This document shows, in pieces, positions 39,909 through 51,931 of a stretch of 64,000 nucleotides of DNA. Each line of letters starts with the position of its first letter. Position 1 is the stretch's first letter. The stretch is from Chryseobacterium gleum (GTDB taxonomy: Bacteria; Bacteroidota; Bacteroidia; Flavobacteriales_C; GCA-002722245): contig CAMBXP010000003.1 of assembly GCA_945871895.1 (NCBI GenBank), positions 1,160 through 65,159 of the forward strand, in the 5' to 3' direction. The notes beneath the pieces are model-generated. The model was not told where the DNA came from and searched no databases. It was given only the letters and a program-made list of their open reading frames with translations. A program made the position numbers and the translations under genes.

Positions 39909-40352
39909 ATGGCAAAGGAAATTACAGCGATAGTTAAATTGCAAGTAAGAGGTGGAGCGGCTAATCCAGCACCTCCAATTGGTCCGGCTTTAGGTGCTAA
40001 GGGTGTTAACATTATGGAGTTCTGTAAGCAGTTCAACGCTAGAACTCAAGATAGACCGGGAAAATTGCTTCCAGCAGTGATTACTGTTTATTCAGATCGT
40101 TCATTCGATTTCATCATTAAACAACCTCCAGTTTCTGCGCAGTTGAAAGATCTATCTAAAGTTAAAGATGGTTCAGCTCAACCTAACAGAATCAAAGTTG
40201 GTAAAGTAACTTGGGCTCAAGTTGAAGAAATCGCGAAAGATAAAATTGTAGATATGAACTGTTTCTCTCTGGATTCAGCTATGTCTATGGTTGCTGGTAC
40301 TGCAAGAAGCATGGGTATCACGGTTGAAGGAGAATCTCCTTTAAAAAAGTAA
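39909..40352 (+). CDS. rplK: 50S ribosomal protein L11
   Basis: [22 protein letters not shown]. Confidence 0.97.
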   Translation: MAKEITAIVKLQVRGGAANPAPPIGPALGAKGVNIMEFCKQFNARTQDRPGKLLPAVITVYSDRSFDFIIKQPPVSAQLKDLSKVKDGSAQPNRIKVGKVTWAQVEEIAKDKIVDMNCFSLDSAMSMVAGTARSMGITVEGESPLKK

Positions 40353-40384
40353 TTAAGTAGTATTATTAATAATTAGTTTGTTTT

Positions 40385-41080
40385 ATGGCAAAGTTGACGA
40401 AGAATCAGAAGATGGCGCAGGCCAAATTTGACAACACTAAATCATACAGTTTAGCAGAAGCTGCTAAGATTGTAAAGGAAATCACTTACACTAAGTTTGA
40501 TGCTTCAGTGGATTTGAATATCCGTTTAGGAGTTGACCCTCGTAAAGCAAATCAGATGGTTAGAGGTATTGTTACTCTTCCTCACGGTACAGGTAAAGTA
40601 GTTAGAGCTTTGGTTCTATGTACACCTGATAAAGTGAAAGAAGCGTTAGATGCTGGTGCTGACTTTGCTGGTTTGGACGAGTATATTGAAAAAATTAAAG
40701 GTGGTTGGACTGATATCGATGTGATTATCACCATGCCATCTGTAATGGGTAAAGTAGGTGCTTTAGGTAAAGTTCTTGGACCACGTGGTTTAATGCCTAA
40801 CCCTAAAGCTGGAACAGTAACCATGGAAATTGGTAAAGCTGTTACTGAAATTAAGGCTGGTAAAATTGACTTTAAAGTTGACAAAACTGGTATCATTCAC
40901 GCTTCAGTTGGAAAAGTTTCTTTTGATGCAGCTCAAATTGCTGAGAATGCTCAAGAGTTAATTTCAACTATCGTAAAATTGAAACCTTCTGCTGCGAAAG
41001 GAATCTACTTGAAAAGCATCACGCTTTCAAGCACTATGAGTCCTGGAATTGCTTTAGAAGCTAACTCTTTTATGAATTAA
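40385..41080 (+). CDS. rplA: 50S ribosomal protein L1
   Basis: [25 protein letters not shown]. Confidence 0.97.
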   Translation: MAKLTKNQKMAQAKFDNTKSYSLAEAAKIVKEITYTKFDASVDLNIRLGVDPRKANQMVRGIVTLPHGTGKVVRALVLCTPDKVKEALDAGADFAGLDEYIEKIKGGWTDIDVIITMPSVMGKVGALGKVLGPRGLMPNPKAGTVTMEIGKAVTEIKAGKIDFKVDKTGIIHASVGKVSFDAAQIAENAQELISTIVKLKPSAAKGIYLKSITLSSTMSPGIALEANSFMN

Positions 41081-41119
41081 CAAACGTCTGTTACGCGCCT
41101 TTATATAAATTAAAAACTC

Positions 41120-41641
41120 ATGACAAGAGAAGAGAAAAATCAGGTAATCCTAAATCTGAAAGGTCAGTTAGAAGCAAATCCTAACTTCTACCTTACAGAT
41201 ATGTCTTCGATGACTGTTGAAGCTACCAATAGCTTACGCCGTCTTTTTCATGAACAAGGTATTAGAATTCACGTTGTAAAAAACTCTTTGCTTAAAAAAG
41301 CAATGGAGAGAGCTGAGGGAAGAGATTTCCAAGAGCTAATTCCAACGTTGAAAGGTTCTACTGCTATTTTGTACACTGAATCTGGAAGTATGCCAGCTAA
41401 AGTGATCAAATCGTTCAGAAAGAAAAATCCTAAGCCGCTTGTAAAAGCAGCTTTTGTAGAGGAATGTGCTTACATCGGCGATCAATTAGATGCACTTGCT
41501 TCCATCAAGTCTAAAAATGATCTCATCGCTGATCTTATCGCATTGCTTCAATCACCTGCTAAAAATGTGGTTGGCGCTCTACAATCGGGAGGCAATAAGC
41601 TTTCAGGTATAGTTAAAACGTTATCAGAAAGACCAGAGTAA
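41120..41641 (+). CDS. rplJ: 50S ribosomal protein L10
   Basis: Conserved operon order and L10 N-terminal motifs. Confidence 0.93.
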   Translation: MTREEKNQVILNLKGQLEANPNFYLTDMSSMTVEATNSLRRLFHEQGIRIHVVKNSLLKKAMERAEGRDFQELIPTLKGSTAILYTESGSMPAKVIKSFRKKNPKPLVKAAFVEECAYIGDQLDALASIKSKNDLIADLIALLQSPAKNVVGALQSGGNKLSGIVKTLSERPE

Positions 41642-41686
41642 TTAAAAATTAATTAACTAAGTATTTAAATTTAAATTCAAATAATC

Positions 41687-42055
41687 ATGGCAGATTTAAA
41701 AGCGTTTGCTGAGCAATTAGTAAACTTGACAGTAAAAGAAGTAAATGAATTAGCGCAAATCTTGAAAGATGAGTACGGTATCGAACCTGCAGCTGCTGCT
41801 GTAGCTGTAGCTGCTGCTGCTCCTGCAGAAGCTGCTGCTGAGAAATCAACTTTCGATGTAATCTTGAAATCAGGTGGTGCGGCTAAATTAGGTGTAGTGA
41901 AAATCGTTAAAGAAATCACTGGACTTGGTTTGAAAGAAGCTAAAGATCTAGTTGATCAAGCTCCGAAACCAGTAAAAGAAGGTATTAGCAAAGCTGATGC
42001 TGAAGCGTTAAAGGCTCAGTTAACTGAAGCTGGTGCTGAAGTTGAGTTGAAGTAA
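41687..42055 (+). CDS. rplL: 50S ribosomal protein L7/L12
   Basis: Ala-rich hinge ([18 protein letters not shown]) and C-terminal [12 protein letters not shown]. Confidence 0.97.
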   Translation: MADLKAFAEQLVNLTVKEVNELAQILKDEYGIEPAAAAVAVAAAAPAEAAAEKSTFDVILKSGGAAKLGVVKIVKEITGLGLKEAKDLVDQAPKPVKEGISKADAEALKAQLTEAGAEVELK

Positions 42056-42080
42056 TTCAATTCTCTTTAAAACTTAAAGG

Positions 42081-42114
42081 TTTAGTCTGTCCGTCAACTG
42101 ACGGATCAGACTAA
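42081..42114 (+). terminator. rplL-rpoB intergenic attenuator hairpin
   Basis: TAGTCTGTCCGTCA-AC-TGACGGATCAGACTA, a 14-bp stem with one G.T mismatch, no strong U-tract. It sits at the classical partial-terminator position. Confidence 0.6.
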
Positions 42115-42121
42115 GCCCTTT

Positions 42122-45100
42122 GTGCTATGTGAACGTTCTCTTAGTATTAACTCTATAAATTCAAGATCCTTGGCAACAAAAGCAATTACAGAAAGACATA
42201 GTTTTGCCTCTGGCAAACGTCCGGAATATCCCGATTTCCTAGATATACAAATAGAGTCCTTTAGAAACTTTTTCCAGTTGGAAACAACTCCTGAGAGCAG
42301 AGAAGACGAAGGTTTATTCAAAGTGTTCAGCGAGAATTTCCCAATCAGTGATTCAAGAAATCAATTTGTATTGGAATTTTTGGATTATTTTATCGACCCT
42401 CCTAGATATACTATTGAAGAATGTATTGAAAGAGGTTTAACTTACAGTTTACCGCTTAAAGCTAAATTGAAGTTATACTGTACAGATGAAGAGCATGAAG
42501 ATTTTGAAACTATAGTTCAAGACGTGTATTTGGGTACTATCCCTTATATGACGCCAAAAGGAACGTTCATTATTAATGGTGCAGAGCGCGTAGTTGTTTC
42601 TCAATTACATCGTTCTCCGGGGGTTTTCTTCGGACAAAGCCGCCATGCGAATGGTACTAAGCTTTATTCTGCTAGAATTATTCCTTTCAAAGGTTCTTGG
42701 ATTGAGTTCGCTACTGACATTAATAATGTTATGTATGCTTATATTGATCGTAAGAAAAAATTACCAGTTACTACTTTATTAAGAGCTATCGGATACGAAG
42801 GAGATAAAGATATCTTAGCGATTTTCGGTTTGGCTGATGAGATTAAAGTAAGTAAAGTAAATCTTAAGAAAGTTGTTGGTCGTAAATTGGCTGCAAGAAT
42901 TTTAAGAAGTTGGGTTGAAGATTTCGTGGATGAGGATACTGGCGAGGTCGTATCTATTGAAAGAAACGAAGTTATTATCGATCGTGAAACTATCTTAGAA
43001 GATGATCATATTGACCAAATCGTTGATTCTGGTTCAAAAAGTATTTTGTTGCACAAACAAGATACGTCAGTAGTTGATTTTGAAATCATTTACAACACAT
43101 TACAAAAAGATACTTCTAACTCAGAGAAAGAAGCAGTAGAGCAAATCTACCGTGTTTTAAGAAACGCTGAACCGCCAGATTTAGAAACTGCGCGTGGTGT
43201 TATCGACAAATTATTCTTCTCTGATACAAGATATGATTTGGGCGAAGTAGGTCGCTACAGAATCAATAAAAAATTAGGGTTAAATATTCCTAATGATACG
43301 AAGGTGTTGACAAAAGAAGATATCATCGCAATCATTAAGTATTTAATTCAGTTGATCAATGCTAAAACTGATATTGATGATATTGACCACTTGTCAAATC
43401 GTCGTGTTAGAACAGTAGGTGAGCAGTTGTATGCTCAGTTTGGTGTAGGTTTAGCAAGAATGGCTAGAACAATTCGTGAGCGTATGAACGTGCGTGACAA
43501 CGAGGTGTTTACAGCTACCGACTTGATCAACGCAAAAACACTGTCATCTGTTATCAATTCATTCTTTGGAACAAATCAGTTGTCTCAATTTATGGATCAA
43601 ACCAACCCATTGTCGGAGATTACGCACAAGCGTCGTCTATCAGCACTCGGGCCAGGTGGTTTATCAAGAGAGAGAGCAGGTTTCGAGGTTCGTGACGTTC
43701 ACTTTACGCACTACGGTCGTTTGTGTACAATCGAAACGCCAGAGGGTCCGAATATTGGTTTGATTTCTTCATTATGCGTTTACGCTAAAATCAACCGTTT
43801 AGGATTTATCGAAACTCCTTATAGAGTTGTAGAAAAAGGTAAAGCTAACTTCGATGAATTTAAATATTACAGCGCTGAAGAAGAGGAAGGTAAATTGATT
43901 GCTCAAGCTACTGAAGCTGTGAACGATAAAGGTGCCTTCACTAACAAGCTTGTAAAAGCGCGTTTTGATGCAGATTATCCGGTGATTGCTCCTGAACAGG
44001 TTCAGTTGATGGATATTGCTCCAAATCAAATTGCGTCTATCGCGGCTTCATTAATTCCTTTCTTGGAGCATGATGATGCCAACCGTGCCTTGATGGGATC
44101 GAATATGATGCGTCAAGCTGTGCCTTTATTGTCGCCACAAGCACCAATCGTAGGTACTGGTTTAGAGAAAGAAGTTGCTAAAGATTCTCGCGTATTAATT
44201 AATGCTGAAGGTTCAGGAACTGTTGAGTATGTTGATGCTGAGGAAATCAGAATCCGTTACAACAGAACCGATGAAGATAGATTGGTAAGTTTCGAAGATG
44301 ATTTGAAATCTTACAAATTAACTAAGTTCAAAAAAACCAACCAGAGCACTTGTATGAACCTTAAACCTATCGTTAAGAAAGGTGATAAAGTTTCAAAAGG
44401 TCAAGTATTGTGCGAAGGTTATGCTACTGAAGGTGGTGAGTTAGCTTTAGGTATCAACCTTAAAGTTGCCTTCATGCCTTGGAAAGGGTATAACTTCGAG
44501 GATGCAATTGTTATCTCTGAGAGAGTTGCAAGAGAAGATTTATATACATCTGTTCACATTGAAGAGTTTGTAATGCAAGTTCGTGATACGAAAAGAGGTA
44601 TGGAAGAATTGACTTCTGATATCCCTAACGTTTCTGAAGAGGCTACAAAAGACTTGGATGAGAATGGTATGATTAGAATTGGTGCACACATCAAGGAAGG
44701 TGATATCTTAATTGGTAAAATCACTCCTAAAGGTGAAACAGATCCAACTCCTGAAGAGAAACTCTTGAGAGCTATCTTCGGCGATAAAGCTGGTGATGTT
44801 AAAGATGCATCGTTGAAAGTTCCACCTTCTATGACAGGTGTAGTAATCGACAAAAAATTATTTTCTCGTGCTGTTAAAGACAGAAAAGCTAGAACTGAAG
44901 AAAAGGCAGTTCTTACTAAAGTGGATGAAGAGCACAGAAAAAAATTGTTGGAATTAAGAGCTGTTTTCTTTGAGAAATTGATGACATTGATCGATGGTAA
45001 AGCATCTGGAGGTGTATTCAACAACTACAAAGAAGAAATTGTTCCTAAAGGAAGTAAATTCACTAAAAAGGTAATTGCCGATATCGATTATGATGTTGTT

Positions 45101-45973
45101 AATCCTTTGAACTGGACTGCTGATAAGAAAACCAATGATTCGGTAAAAAGATTAATTCACAACTTTAATATCCAATCAAGCGATTTATTGGGATACTACA
45201 AACGTAAGAAGTTTACTATCACTGTTGGTGACGAACTTCCTGCAGGTATCTTGCAATTGGCTAAAGTTTATATCGCACAGAAACGTAAGTTGAAAGTGGG
45301 TGATAAAATGGCTGGTCGTCACGGTAACAAAGGTATCGTTGCTAGAATCGTTAGAGATGAAGATATGCCGTTCCTAGAAGACGGAACTCCAGTAGATATT
45401 GTATTAAATCCATTAGGGGTGCCTTCAAGGATGAACTTGGGACAGATTTACGAGACTGTATTGGCTTGGGCTGGACAAAAACTCGGAATGAAGTTCGCAA
45501 CGCCAATTTTTGATGGAGCTTCTACTGACTTAATCACTGAATACACTAAAAAAGCAGGTATTCCAATCAATGGAGAAACTTACTTACATGACGGTGGAAC
45601 AGGAGAGCGTTTTGATAAACCGGCTACTGTTGGTATTATCTACATGCTTAAATTAGGTCACATGGTAGACGATAAGATGCATGCGAGATCAATCGGTCCA
45701 TACTCATTGATTACACAACAACCATTGGGTGGTAAAGCTCAATTTGGTGGTCAAAGATTTGGTGAGATGGAGGTTTGGGCACTTGAAGCATTTGGTGCTG
45801 CTAATATCCTTCAGGAAATATTGACTGTTAAGTCGGATGACGTAGTAGGTAGAGCAAAAGCTTACGAAGCTATTGTTAAAGGTGAGCCAATGCCAGAACC
45901 AGGAATCCCTGAATCATTCAACGTATTGTTGCATGAGTTGAGAGGTCTAGGTTTGAACATTACTCTTGATTAA
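42122..45973 (+). CDS. rpoB: DNA-directed RNA polymerase subunit beta
   Basis: Full-length RpoB. The track ORF starts at GTG 42122; a more plausible start is TTG 42170 ([27 protein letters not shown], matching the conserved N-terminus). No in-frame ATG lies near. Confidence 0.97.
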   Translation: MLCERSLSINSINSRSLATKAITERHSFASGKRPEYPDFLDIQIESFRNFFQLETTPESREDEGLFKVFSENFPISDSRNQFVLEFLDYFIDPPRYTIEECIERGLTYSLPLKAKLKLYCTDEEHEDFETIVQDVYLGTIPYMTPKGTFIINGAERVVVSQLHRSPGVFFGQSRHANGTKLYSARIIPFKGSWIEFATDINNVMYAYIDRKKKLPVTTLLRAIGYEGDKDILAIFGLADEIKVSKVNLKKVVGRKLAARILRSWVEDFVDEDTGEVVSIERNEVIIDRETILEDDHIDQIVDSGSKSILLHKQDTSVVDFEIIYNTLQKDTSNSEKEAVEQIYRVLRNAEPPDLETARGVIDKLFFSDTRYDLGEVGRYRINKKLGLNIPNDTKVLTKEDIIAIIKYLIQLINAKTDIDDIDHLSNRRVRTVGEQLYAQFGVGLARMARTIRERMNVRDNEVFTATDLINAKTLSSVINSFFGTNQLSQFMDQTNPLSEITHKRRLSALGPGGLSRERAGFEVRDVHFTHYGRLCTIETPEGPNIGLISSLCVYAKINRLGFIETPYRVVEKGKANFDEFKYYSAEEEEGKLIAQATEAVNDKGAFTNKLVKARFDADYPVIAPEQVQLMDIAPNQIASIAASLIPFLEHDDANRALMGSNMMRQAVPLLSPQAPIVGTGLEKEVAKDSRVLINAEGSGTVEYVDAEEIRIRYNRTDEDRLVSFEDDLKSYKLTKFKKTNQSTCMNLKPIVKKGDKVSKGQVLCEGYATEGGELALGINLKVAFMPWKGYNFEDAIVISERVAREDLYTSVHIEEFVMQVRDTKRGMEELTSDIPNVSEEATKDLDENGMIRIGAHIKEGDILIGKITPKGETDPTPEEKLLRAIFGDKAGDVKDASLKVPPSMTGVVIDKKLFSRAVKDRKARTEEKAVLTKVDEEHRKKLLELRAVFFEKLMTLIDGKASGGVFNNYKEEIVPKGSKFTKKVIADIDYDVVNPLNWTADKKTNDSVKRLIHNFNIQSSDLLGYYKRKKFTITVGDELPAGILQLAKVYIAQKRKLKVGDKMAGRHGNKGIVARIVRDEDMPFLEDGTPVDIVLNPLGVPSRMNLGQIYETVLAWAGQKLGMKFATPIFDGASTDLITEYTKKAGIPINGETYLHDGGTGERFDKPATVGIIYMLKLGHMVDDKMHARSIGPYSLITQQPLGGKAQFGGQRFGEMEVWALEAFGAANILQEILTVKSDDVVGRAKAYEAIVKGEPMPEPGIPESFNVLLHELRGLGLNITLD

Positions 45974-46019
45974 TCCGATTTAAGAAACAGATTGTTGAAT
46001 TTTATAATTAATAAAATAC

Positions 46020-49000
46020 ATGGCATTTAGAAAAAACAACAAGGTCGCTCCAAAATTTGACAAGATTACAATTAGTCTTGCGTCACCAGAAATGATCCTT
46101 GAAAGATCAAGTGGTGAAGTTTTAAAGCCTGAGACCATTAACTACCGTACTTACAAGCCTGAAAGAGATGGTTTGTTCTGCGAGAGAATTTTTGGTCCGG
46201 TTAAAGACTGGGAGTGCCATTGCGGTAAATACAAAAGAATCCGTTACAAAGGAATCGTTTGTGACCGTTGTGGTGTTGAAGTAACAGAGAAAAAAGTACG
46301 TAGAGAGAGAATGGGGCACATCCAATTGGTGGTTCCTGTTGCTCACATCTGGTACTTCCGTTCTCTTCCAAACAAAATTGGTTACCTTTTGGGCTTACCA
46401 ACTAAAAAACTCGACATGGTTATATACTATGAGAGATATGTAGTTGTTAATGCAGGTGGGGCTGCTAAAAAAGGTGGTGAAGAATTGTCTGTAATGGATT
46501 TCTTAACAGAAGAAGAATATCTAGATATCTTGGATACTCTTCCTAAAGAAAATCAATACTTAGACAATACAGATCCAAATAAATTTGTAGCCTTAATGGG
46601 TGCTGATGCATTGTATGAATTGTTGAAGAGAGCTGATTTAGATGCTATGTCGTATGATTTACGTCACCGCGCTAATACAGAGACTTCTCAAAAAAGAAAA
46701 AACGACGCATTAAAAAGATTACAAGTAGTTGAAGCATTCCGTGCTTCTGCTAAAAATATCGAAAATCGTCCAGAATGGATGATTGTTAAAGTTGTTCCGG
46801 TTATTCCACCTGAATTACGTCCTCTTGTACCTCTTGATGGCGGCCGTTTCGCTACTTCAGATTTAAATGACTTATACAGACGTGTTATTATCCGTAACAA
46901 CCGTTTGAAACGATTGATAGAGATTAAATCTCCAGAAGTAATCTTACGTAACGAAAAACGTATGTTGCAAGAGGCAGTTGACTCTTTATTCGATAACTCT
47001 AGAAAAGCAAATGCAGTGAAGACAGAAGCAAACAGAGCTTTGAAATCTTTATCTGATAGCTTAAAAGGTAAATCGGGTCGTTTCCGTCAAAACTTATTGG
47101 GTAAAAGGGTTGACTACTCTGCGCGTTCGGTTATCATAGTTGGTCCAACAATGAAATTGCACGAGTGTGGTCTTCCAAAAGATATGGCAGCTGAGCTTTA
47201 CAAACCGTTCATCATCCGTAAGATGATTGAAAGAGGTATTGTGAAAACTGTTAAATCTGCTAAGAAAATTGTAGACAGAAAAGATGCTGTTGTTTGGGAT
47301 ATTTTAGAAAACGTGTTAAAAGGACATCCAGTTCTTTTAAATCGTGCCCCAACATTGCACAGAATGGGTATCCAGGCCTTCCAACCTAAGTTGATTGAAG
47401 GTAAAGCTATCCAATTGCATCCATTAGTTTGTTCTGCATTCAACGCCGATTTCGACGGTGACCAGATGGCGGTGTATTTACCTCTTGGTAATGCAGCGAT
47501 TTTGGAAGCGCAAATGTTGATGTTGGCATCACACAATATCTTGAACCCTGCGAATGGTGAGCCTATCACGGTGCCATCTCAGGATATGGTTCTTGGTCTT
47601 TATTATATCTCAAAAGGCAGAAAATCGACCGGTAAAAAAGATGTTGTTAAAGGTGAAGGTTTAACATTCTACAGTGCTGAAGAAGTAATTATTGCTTACA
47701 ATGAAGGTAAAGCTGATTTGCACGCATGGATTAAAGTAAAAGCTACTGTTAGAAAAGATGAAGAGCTGGTTACTGAGTTGGTAGAAACTACTGTTGGTAG
47801 AGTTTTATTTAATGAGGTTGTACCTGCCGAAGTTGGTTTCATCAACAAATTATTGACTAAAAAAGATTTAAGAAATATTATCTCTCACGTTTTGAAAATT
47901 ACAGGAATGGCTAAAACAGCTGAGTTCTTGGACAATATCAAAAACTTAGGATTCTATCACGCCTTTAAAGGAGGTTTATCTTTCCGTTTGAGTGACGTTA
48001 TTATTCCTGACGAGAAAGATTTGTTAGTGAAAAAAGCTGCTGAACAAGTAGAAGAAATTCAGAACAACTACAACATGGGTTTCATCACCAATAACGAACG
48101 TTATAATCAGGTGATTGATATTTGGGGTAGAGCAAATACAAGATTGACAAGCCATTTGATGGATCAGTTGAAAAACGACCAACATGGATTCAACTCTGTA
48201 TTTATGATGTTCGACTCTGGAGCAAGGGGTTCTAAAGAGCAGATTCGTCAGTTGTCAGGTATGAGAGGTTTGATGGCTAAACCGCAAAAATCGGGAGCTA
48301 CATCACAATCAATTATCGAGAATCCGATCTTATCGAACTTTAAGGAAGGTCTTTCGATTTTAGAGTACTTTATTTCTACCCACGGTGCGCGTAAAGGTTT
48401 GGCCGATACGGCTCTTAAAACTGCCGATGCGGGTTATTTAACAAGAAGATTAGTTGACGTTGCGCAAGACGTAATCATCAACGAAGAAGATTGCGGTACT
48501 TTGAGAGGTTTAGAAATGTCGGCATTGAGAAAAGATGACGAGGTTGTTGAATCTTTAAGAGGAAGAATTTTAGGAAGAACTTCAGTTCATGATGTGTTCC
48601 ATCCTCAAACAGGTGATTTAATTGTTTCTTCAGGAGACGAAATCAATGAGAGCGCAGCTGATATTATTGAAGCTTCTCCAATTGAAATGGTTGAAATCCG
48701 TTCTGTATTAACTTGCGAAAGCGAGCGTGGTGCATGTGCTAAATGCTACGGAAGAAACCTTGCAAAAGGAAGAAGAGTTCAAACAGGAGAGGCAGTTGGT
48801 GTAATTGCAGCACAGTCGATTGGTGAGCCAGGTACTCAGTTAACATTGAGAACCTTCCACGTTGGGGGTACTGCATCAACCATTACTACCGATTCTAAAA
48901 ACATCGTTAAATACGATGGTATCCTTGAAGTAGATGAATTGAGAACTGTTAAGAGCAAAAACGACGCAGGTGAAGAAGTAGAGATGGTGATTGGTCGTTC

Positions 49001-50324
49001 AGCTGAGATGAGAGTGGTAGATGAAAAAACTAAAATTGTTTTAACTACTAACTTGATTCCTTACGGAGCTAAATTGTTTATCACTCCAGGTAAAAAAGTG
49101 AAGAAAGGTGACGTAGTAGCTGAATGGGATCCATACAATGCTATTATTCTTTCTGAATTTGAAGGTAAAATTCAATTTGAACATATCGAAGAAGGTATTA
49201 CTTACCGCGTAGAAGCAGATGAACAAACAGGTTTCGAAGAGAAAGTAATTGTGGAAAGTCGTGATAAGAAAAAGTCTCCAACTATTCATGTATTGAAAGG
49301 AAAAGACATTATCAAAACTTACAACTTGCCAGTAGGTGCTCACATCAACGTTGAAGAAGGTGCGAAAATTAAACCAGGTGATATCTTGGCGAAAATTCCT
49401 CGTGCTGCCGGAAAAGGTGGTGATATCACGGGAGGTTTACCAAGAATTACTGAGCTTTTCGAAGCACGTAACCCATCTAACCCTGCTGTTGTGGCTGAGG
49501 TTGACGGTATCGTTTCTTTCGGTAAAATCAAAAGAGGTAACAGAGAAATCGTGGTTGAAGCTAAATCTGGTGAAATCAGAAAGTATTTAGTTCCACTTTC
49601 TAAACACATCTTAGTTCAAGAAAATGACTATATCAAAGCGGGTATGCCTCTTTCTGAGGGTGCAATCACGCCAATCGATATCTTAAGAATTAAAGGACCT
49701 ACTCAAGTTCAAGAGTATTTGGTAAATGAGATTCAAGAGGTTTACCGTATGCAAGGTGTACCTATTAATGATAAACACTTTGAAGTAATCGTTCGTCAGA
49801 TGATGAGAAAAGTAGATATCGTTGACCCAGGCGATACAAGATTCTTAGAGAAAGAAATTGTTAATAAACTTGATTTCAATAAAGAGAACGACTGGATTTT
49901 TGGTAAAATGATTGTTACTGATGGTGGTGATTCTGAAAACTTGATGGCTGGACAAATCATTTCTGTAAGAAAATTACGTGATGAGAACTCTAAGCTGAAA
50001 AGAATGGATAAGAAACTCGCTACAGCGCGTGAAGCTATTGCAGCTACTTCTAACACTATCCTGCAAGGTATTACAAGAGCATCTCTTCAAACTAAATCTT
50101 TCATCTCTGCAGCATCTTTCCAAGAGACAACTAAAGTATTAAACGAAGCTGCTGTTAGCGGTAAAATTGACTACTTAGAAGGTTTGAAAGAGAATGTAAT
50201 TGTTGGACATAAAATTCCAGCAGGAACAGGTATGAGAGAATACAATACTATCATTGTTGGCGCTCAAGCTGATTATGATGATATCGTAGATTCAAAATCT
50301 AAAAAAGAGTTAGAGCAAGCTTAA
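46020..50324 (+). CDS. rpoC: DNA-directed RNA polymerase subunit beta'
   Basis: Zinc finger [20 protein letters not shown], catalytic NADFDGDQM, 1434 aa. Confidence 0.98.
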   Translation: MAFRKNNKVAPKFDKITISLASPEMILERSSGEVLKPETINYRTYKPERDGLFCERIFGPVKDWECHCGKYKRIRYKGIVCDRCGVEVTEKKVRRERMGHIQLVVPVAHIWYFRSLPNKIGYLLGLPTKKLDMVIYYERYVVVNAGGAAKKGGEELSVMDFLTEEEYLDILDTLPKENQYLDNTDPNKFVALMGADALYELLKRADLDAMSYDLRHRANTETSQKRKNDALKRLQVVEAFRASAKNIENRPEWMIVKVVPVIPPELRPLVPLDGGRFATSDLNDLYRRVIIRNNRLKRLIEIKSPEVILRNEKRMLQEAVDSLFDNSRKANAVKTEANRALKSLSDSLKGKSGRFRQNLLGKRVDYSARSVIIVGPTMKLHECGLPKDMAAELYKPFIIRKMIERGIVKTVKSAKKIVDRKDAVVWDILENVLKGHPVLLNRAPTLHRMGIQAFQPKLIEGKAIQLHPLVCSAFNADFDGDQMAVYLPLGNAAILEAQMLMLASHNILNPANGEPITVPSQDMVLGLYYISKGRKSTGKKDVVKGEGLTFYSAEEVIIAYNEGKADLHAWIKVKATVRKDEELVTELVETTVGRVLFNEVVPAEVGFINKLLTKKDLRNIISHVLKITGMAKTAEFLDNIKNLGFYHAFKGGLSFRLSDVIIPDEKDLLVKKAAEQVEEIQNNYNMGFITNNERYNQVIDIWGRANTRLTSHLMDQLKNDQHGFNSVFMMFDSGARGSKEQIRQLSGMRGLMAKPQKSGATSQSIIENPILSNFKEGLSILEYFISTHGARKGLADTALKTADAGYLTRRLVDVAQDVIINEEDCGTLRGLEMSALRKDDEVVESLRGRILGRTSVHDVFHPQTGDLIVSSGDEINESAADIIEASPIEMVEIRSVLTCESERGACAKCYGRNLAKGRRVQTGEAVGVIAAQSIGEPGTQLTLRTFHVGGTASTITTDSKNIVKYDGILEVDELRTVKSKNDAGEEVEMVIGRSAEMRVVDEKTKIVLTTNLIPYGAKLFITPGKKVKKGDVVAEWDPYNAIILSEFEGKIQFEHIEEGITYRVEADEQTGFEEKVIVESRDKKKSPTIHVLKGKDIIKTYNLPVGAHINVEEGAKIKPGDILAKIPRAAGKGGDITGGLPRITELFEARNPSNPAVVAEVDGIVSFGKIKRGNREIVVEAKSGEIRKYLVPLSKHILVQENDYIKAGMPLSEGAITPIDILRIKGPTQVQEYLVNEIQEVYRMQGVPINDKHFEVIVRQMMRKVDIVDPGDTRFLEKEIVNKLDFNKENDWIFGKMIVTDGGDSENLMAGQIISVRKLRDENSKLKRMDKKLATAREAIAATSNTILQGITRASLQTKSFISAASFQETTKVLNEAAVSGKIDYLEGLKENVIVGHKIPAGTGMREYNTIIVGAQADYDDIVDSKSKKELEQA

Positions 50325-50334
50325 TCAATTAAGT

Positions 50335-50646
50335 ATGTCTGAAGATCAACAAAATAACCAATTGAATATCGAACTCAGCGAGCAAATCGCTGAGGGCGAA
50401 TATTCAAATTTGGCTATCATTACGCATTCTACTTCTGAATTTGTGATTGATTTCATTCGCGTTATGCCGAGTGTTCCAAAAGCAAGAGTGAAAAGTAGAG
50501 TAATCATGACTCCTCAGCATGCTAAAAGATTAATGAAAGCTTTGGCCGATAATATTTCAAAGTTTGAGTCTCAAAACGGTGCTATAAAAGATATCGAAGC
50601 AGTTAACATTCCAATGAATTTTGGCGGTCCGATTGCGCAGGCTTAA
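50335..50646 (+). CDS. DUF3467 domain protein (conserved downstream of rpoC in Bacteroidota)
   Basis: 103 aa, YSNLAIITHSTSEFVIDFIRVMP. Confidence 0.7.
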   Translation: MSEDQQNNQLNIELSEQIAEGEYSNLAIITHSTSEFVIDFIRVMPSVPKARVKSRVIMTPQHAKRLMKALADNISKFESQNGAIKDIEAVNIPMNFGGPIAQA

Positions 50647-50668
50647 ATAAAGAAAGACAGAAAAATAT

Positions 50669-50711
50669 AATCCCCGACTGACGAAAATCAGTTGGGGATT
50701 TTTCTTTTTCT
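50669..50711 (+). terminator. rho-independent terminator ending the rpoBC operon
   Basis: AATCCCCGACTG-acgaaaat-CAGTTGGGGATT followed by TTTTTCTTTTTCT. Confidence 0.8.
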
Positions 50712-50788
50712 CGATTTTTATTGCATACAAGTTCAGTTTAACTTAACTTTATTTTTCGCTAAAATTTGAGTGAATAAAAGAACTAACG

Positions 50789-51931
50789 ATGAAGACTTTA
50801 ATTAAGAATTGCCAATACTTTGGTGAGGCGAAGAAATTTGTGAAAGGCCATGTTTTATTGGATGATAAACAAGTTTTAGAGGTGTTTAACACTGATGCAC
50901 CTGTGGTGGCTGATGATGTTAAAGTAATTGATGCGCAAGGGCAATATCTAATTCCTGGCTATGTAGATTTGCAAGTCAACGGTGGTAAAAATTCATTTTT
51001 TAATAGCGATGTGTCTGTAGATTGCGCCGAAAGAATTTATTGGTCGCACCAGAAATACGGCACGCAGTACATGTTTCCAACATTGATTACTGCTCCACAC
51101 GATAAAATTATTAAATCAATTGGTGTTATTCGCAAGGAAATGGCCAACAATCCTGGTGTTTTAGGAATGCACTTGGAAGGTCCGTTTTTAAATCCAGATA
51201 GAAAAGGCGGACACGATTTATCTCTAATTCGCAAACCTAAAGATTACGAATTGGATGAGATTATCGATTTAGGAAAAGGTGTAATTAAAAAAATTACCAT
51301 CGCTCCAGAACGTTTCAAACGAGAGCAAGTAGAGAAGTTACTGAAGAACGGATTTATCGTTGCAGCAGGGCATAGCGATGCTACTTACGAGCAAGCTAAA
51401 GAATTTTTCTCGTGGGGTGTTCAAGCTGCAACTCACTTGTATAATGCGATGTCGCAATACAGAAAAGAAGCAGCGGGATTGGTAGGCGCTCTGCTAGATA
51501 CCGATGGAATTTATGTAGGTGTTATTAACGATGGTGTTCACTCTAATTATAATTCTGTAAAGGTAGCATACAAATGCATGAAAGGCAGATTGTACTTCGT
51601 TTCTGATGCAAGTTTTATCGATCAGGCGATTGAAGAGTTTTACTTTGAAGGGAATAAAATTGTAACGAAAAACGGACAAGCTTACACTGAAGCAGGAGCT
51701 CTCGCAGGTTCTGTTATTACCATGCAAGATTCGTTGAAAAACGCAGTAGAAAAAGTGGGTATTCCTTTGGAAGATGCTGTGCTGATGACGTCTTATATTC
51801 CTGCTGAAATGCTTGGTTTACAAGATACATTAGGGGTGATTAAGAAAGGTTCTTCTTCTAAATTGAATATGTTGGATAAAGATTTGAATTATATAGCTGT
51901 TACTAAAGGAGAAGAGTTAATTCAAGCTTAA
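50789..51931 (+). CDS. nagA: N-acetylglucosamine-6-phosphate deacetylase
   Basis: Amidohydrolase fold: PGYVDLQVNGG, HLEGPFLNP, AAGHSDATYEQA. Confidence 0.85.
   Translation: MKTLIKNCQYFGEAKKFVKGHVLLDDKQVLEVFNTDAPVVADDVKVIDAQGQYLIPGYVDLQVNGGKNSFFNSDVSVDCAERIYWSHQKYGTQYMFPTLITAPHDKIIKSIGVIRKEMANNPGVLGMHLEGPFLNPDRKGGHDLSLIRKPKDYELDEIIDLGKGVIKKITIAPERFKREQVEKLLKNGFIVAAGHSDATYEQAKEFFSWGVQAATHLYNAMSQYRKEAAGLVGALLDTDGIYVGVINDGVHSNYNSVKVAYKCMKGRLYFVSDASFIDQAIEEFYFEGNKIVTKNGQAYTEAGALAGSVITMQDSLKNAVEKVGIPLEDAVLMTSYIPAEMLGLQDTLGVIKKGSSSKLNMLDKDLNYIAVTKGEELIQA

Noticed and set aside
41677-41919. 80-aa Ala-rich minus-strand ORF
   Set aside because: It is antisense to the Ala-rich hinge of rplL. The GCT/GCA codon repeats give an open antisense frame by chance.
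42594-50056. Numerous 60-160-aa ORFs inside or antisense to rpoB and rpoC (e.g. 44554-45024 minus, 47198-47569 minus, 49340-49609 minus)
   Set aside because: All are embedded in the strongly conserved rpoB and rpoC frames. They show a biased, low-complexity composition (Ser/Leu/Ile-rich) typical of antisense frames of long genes, and no independent start context.
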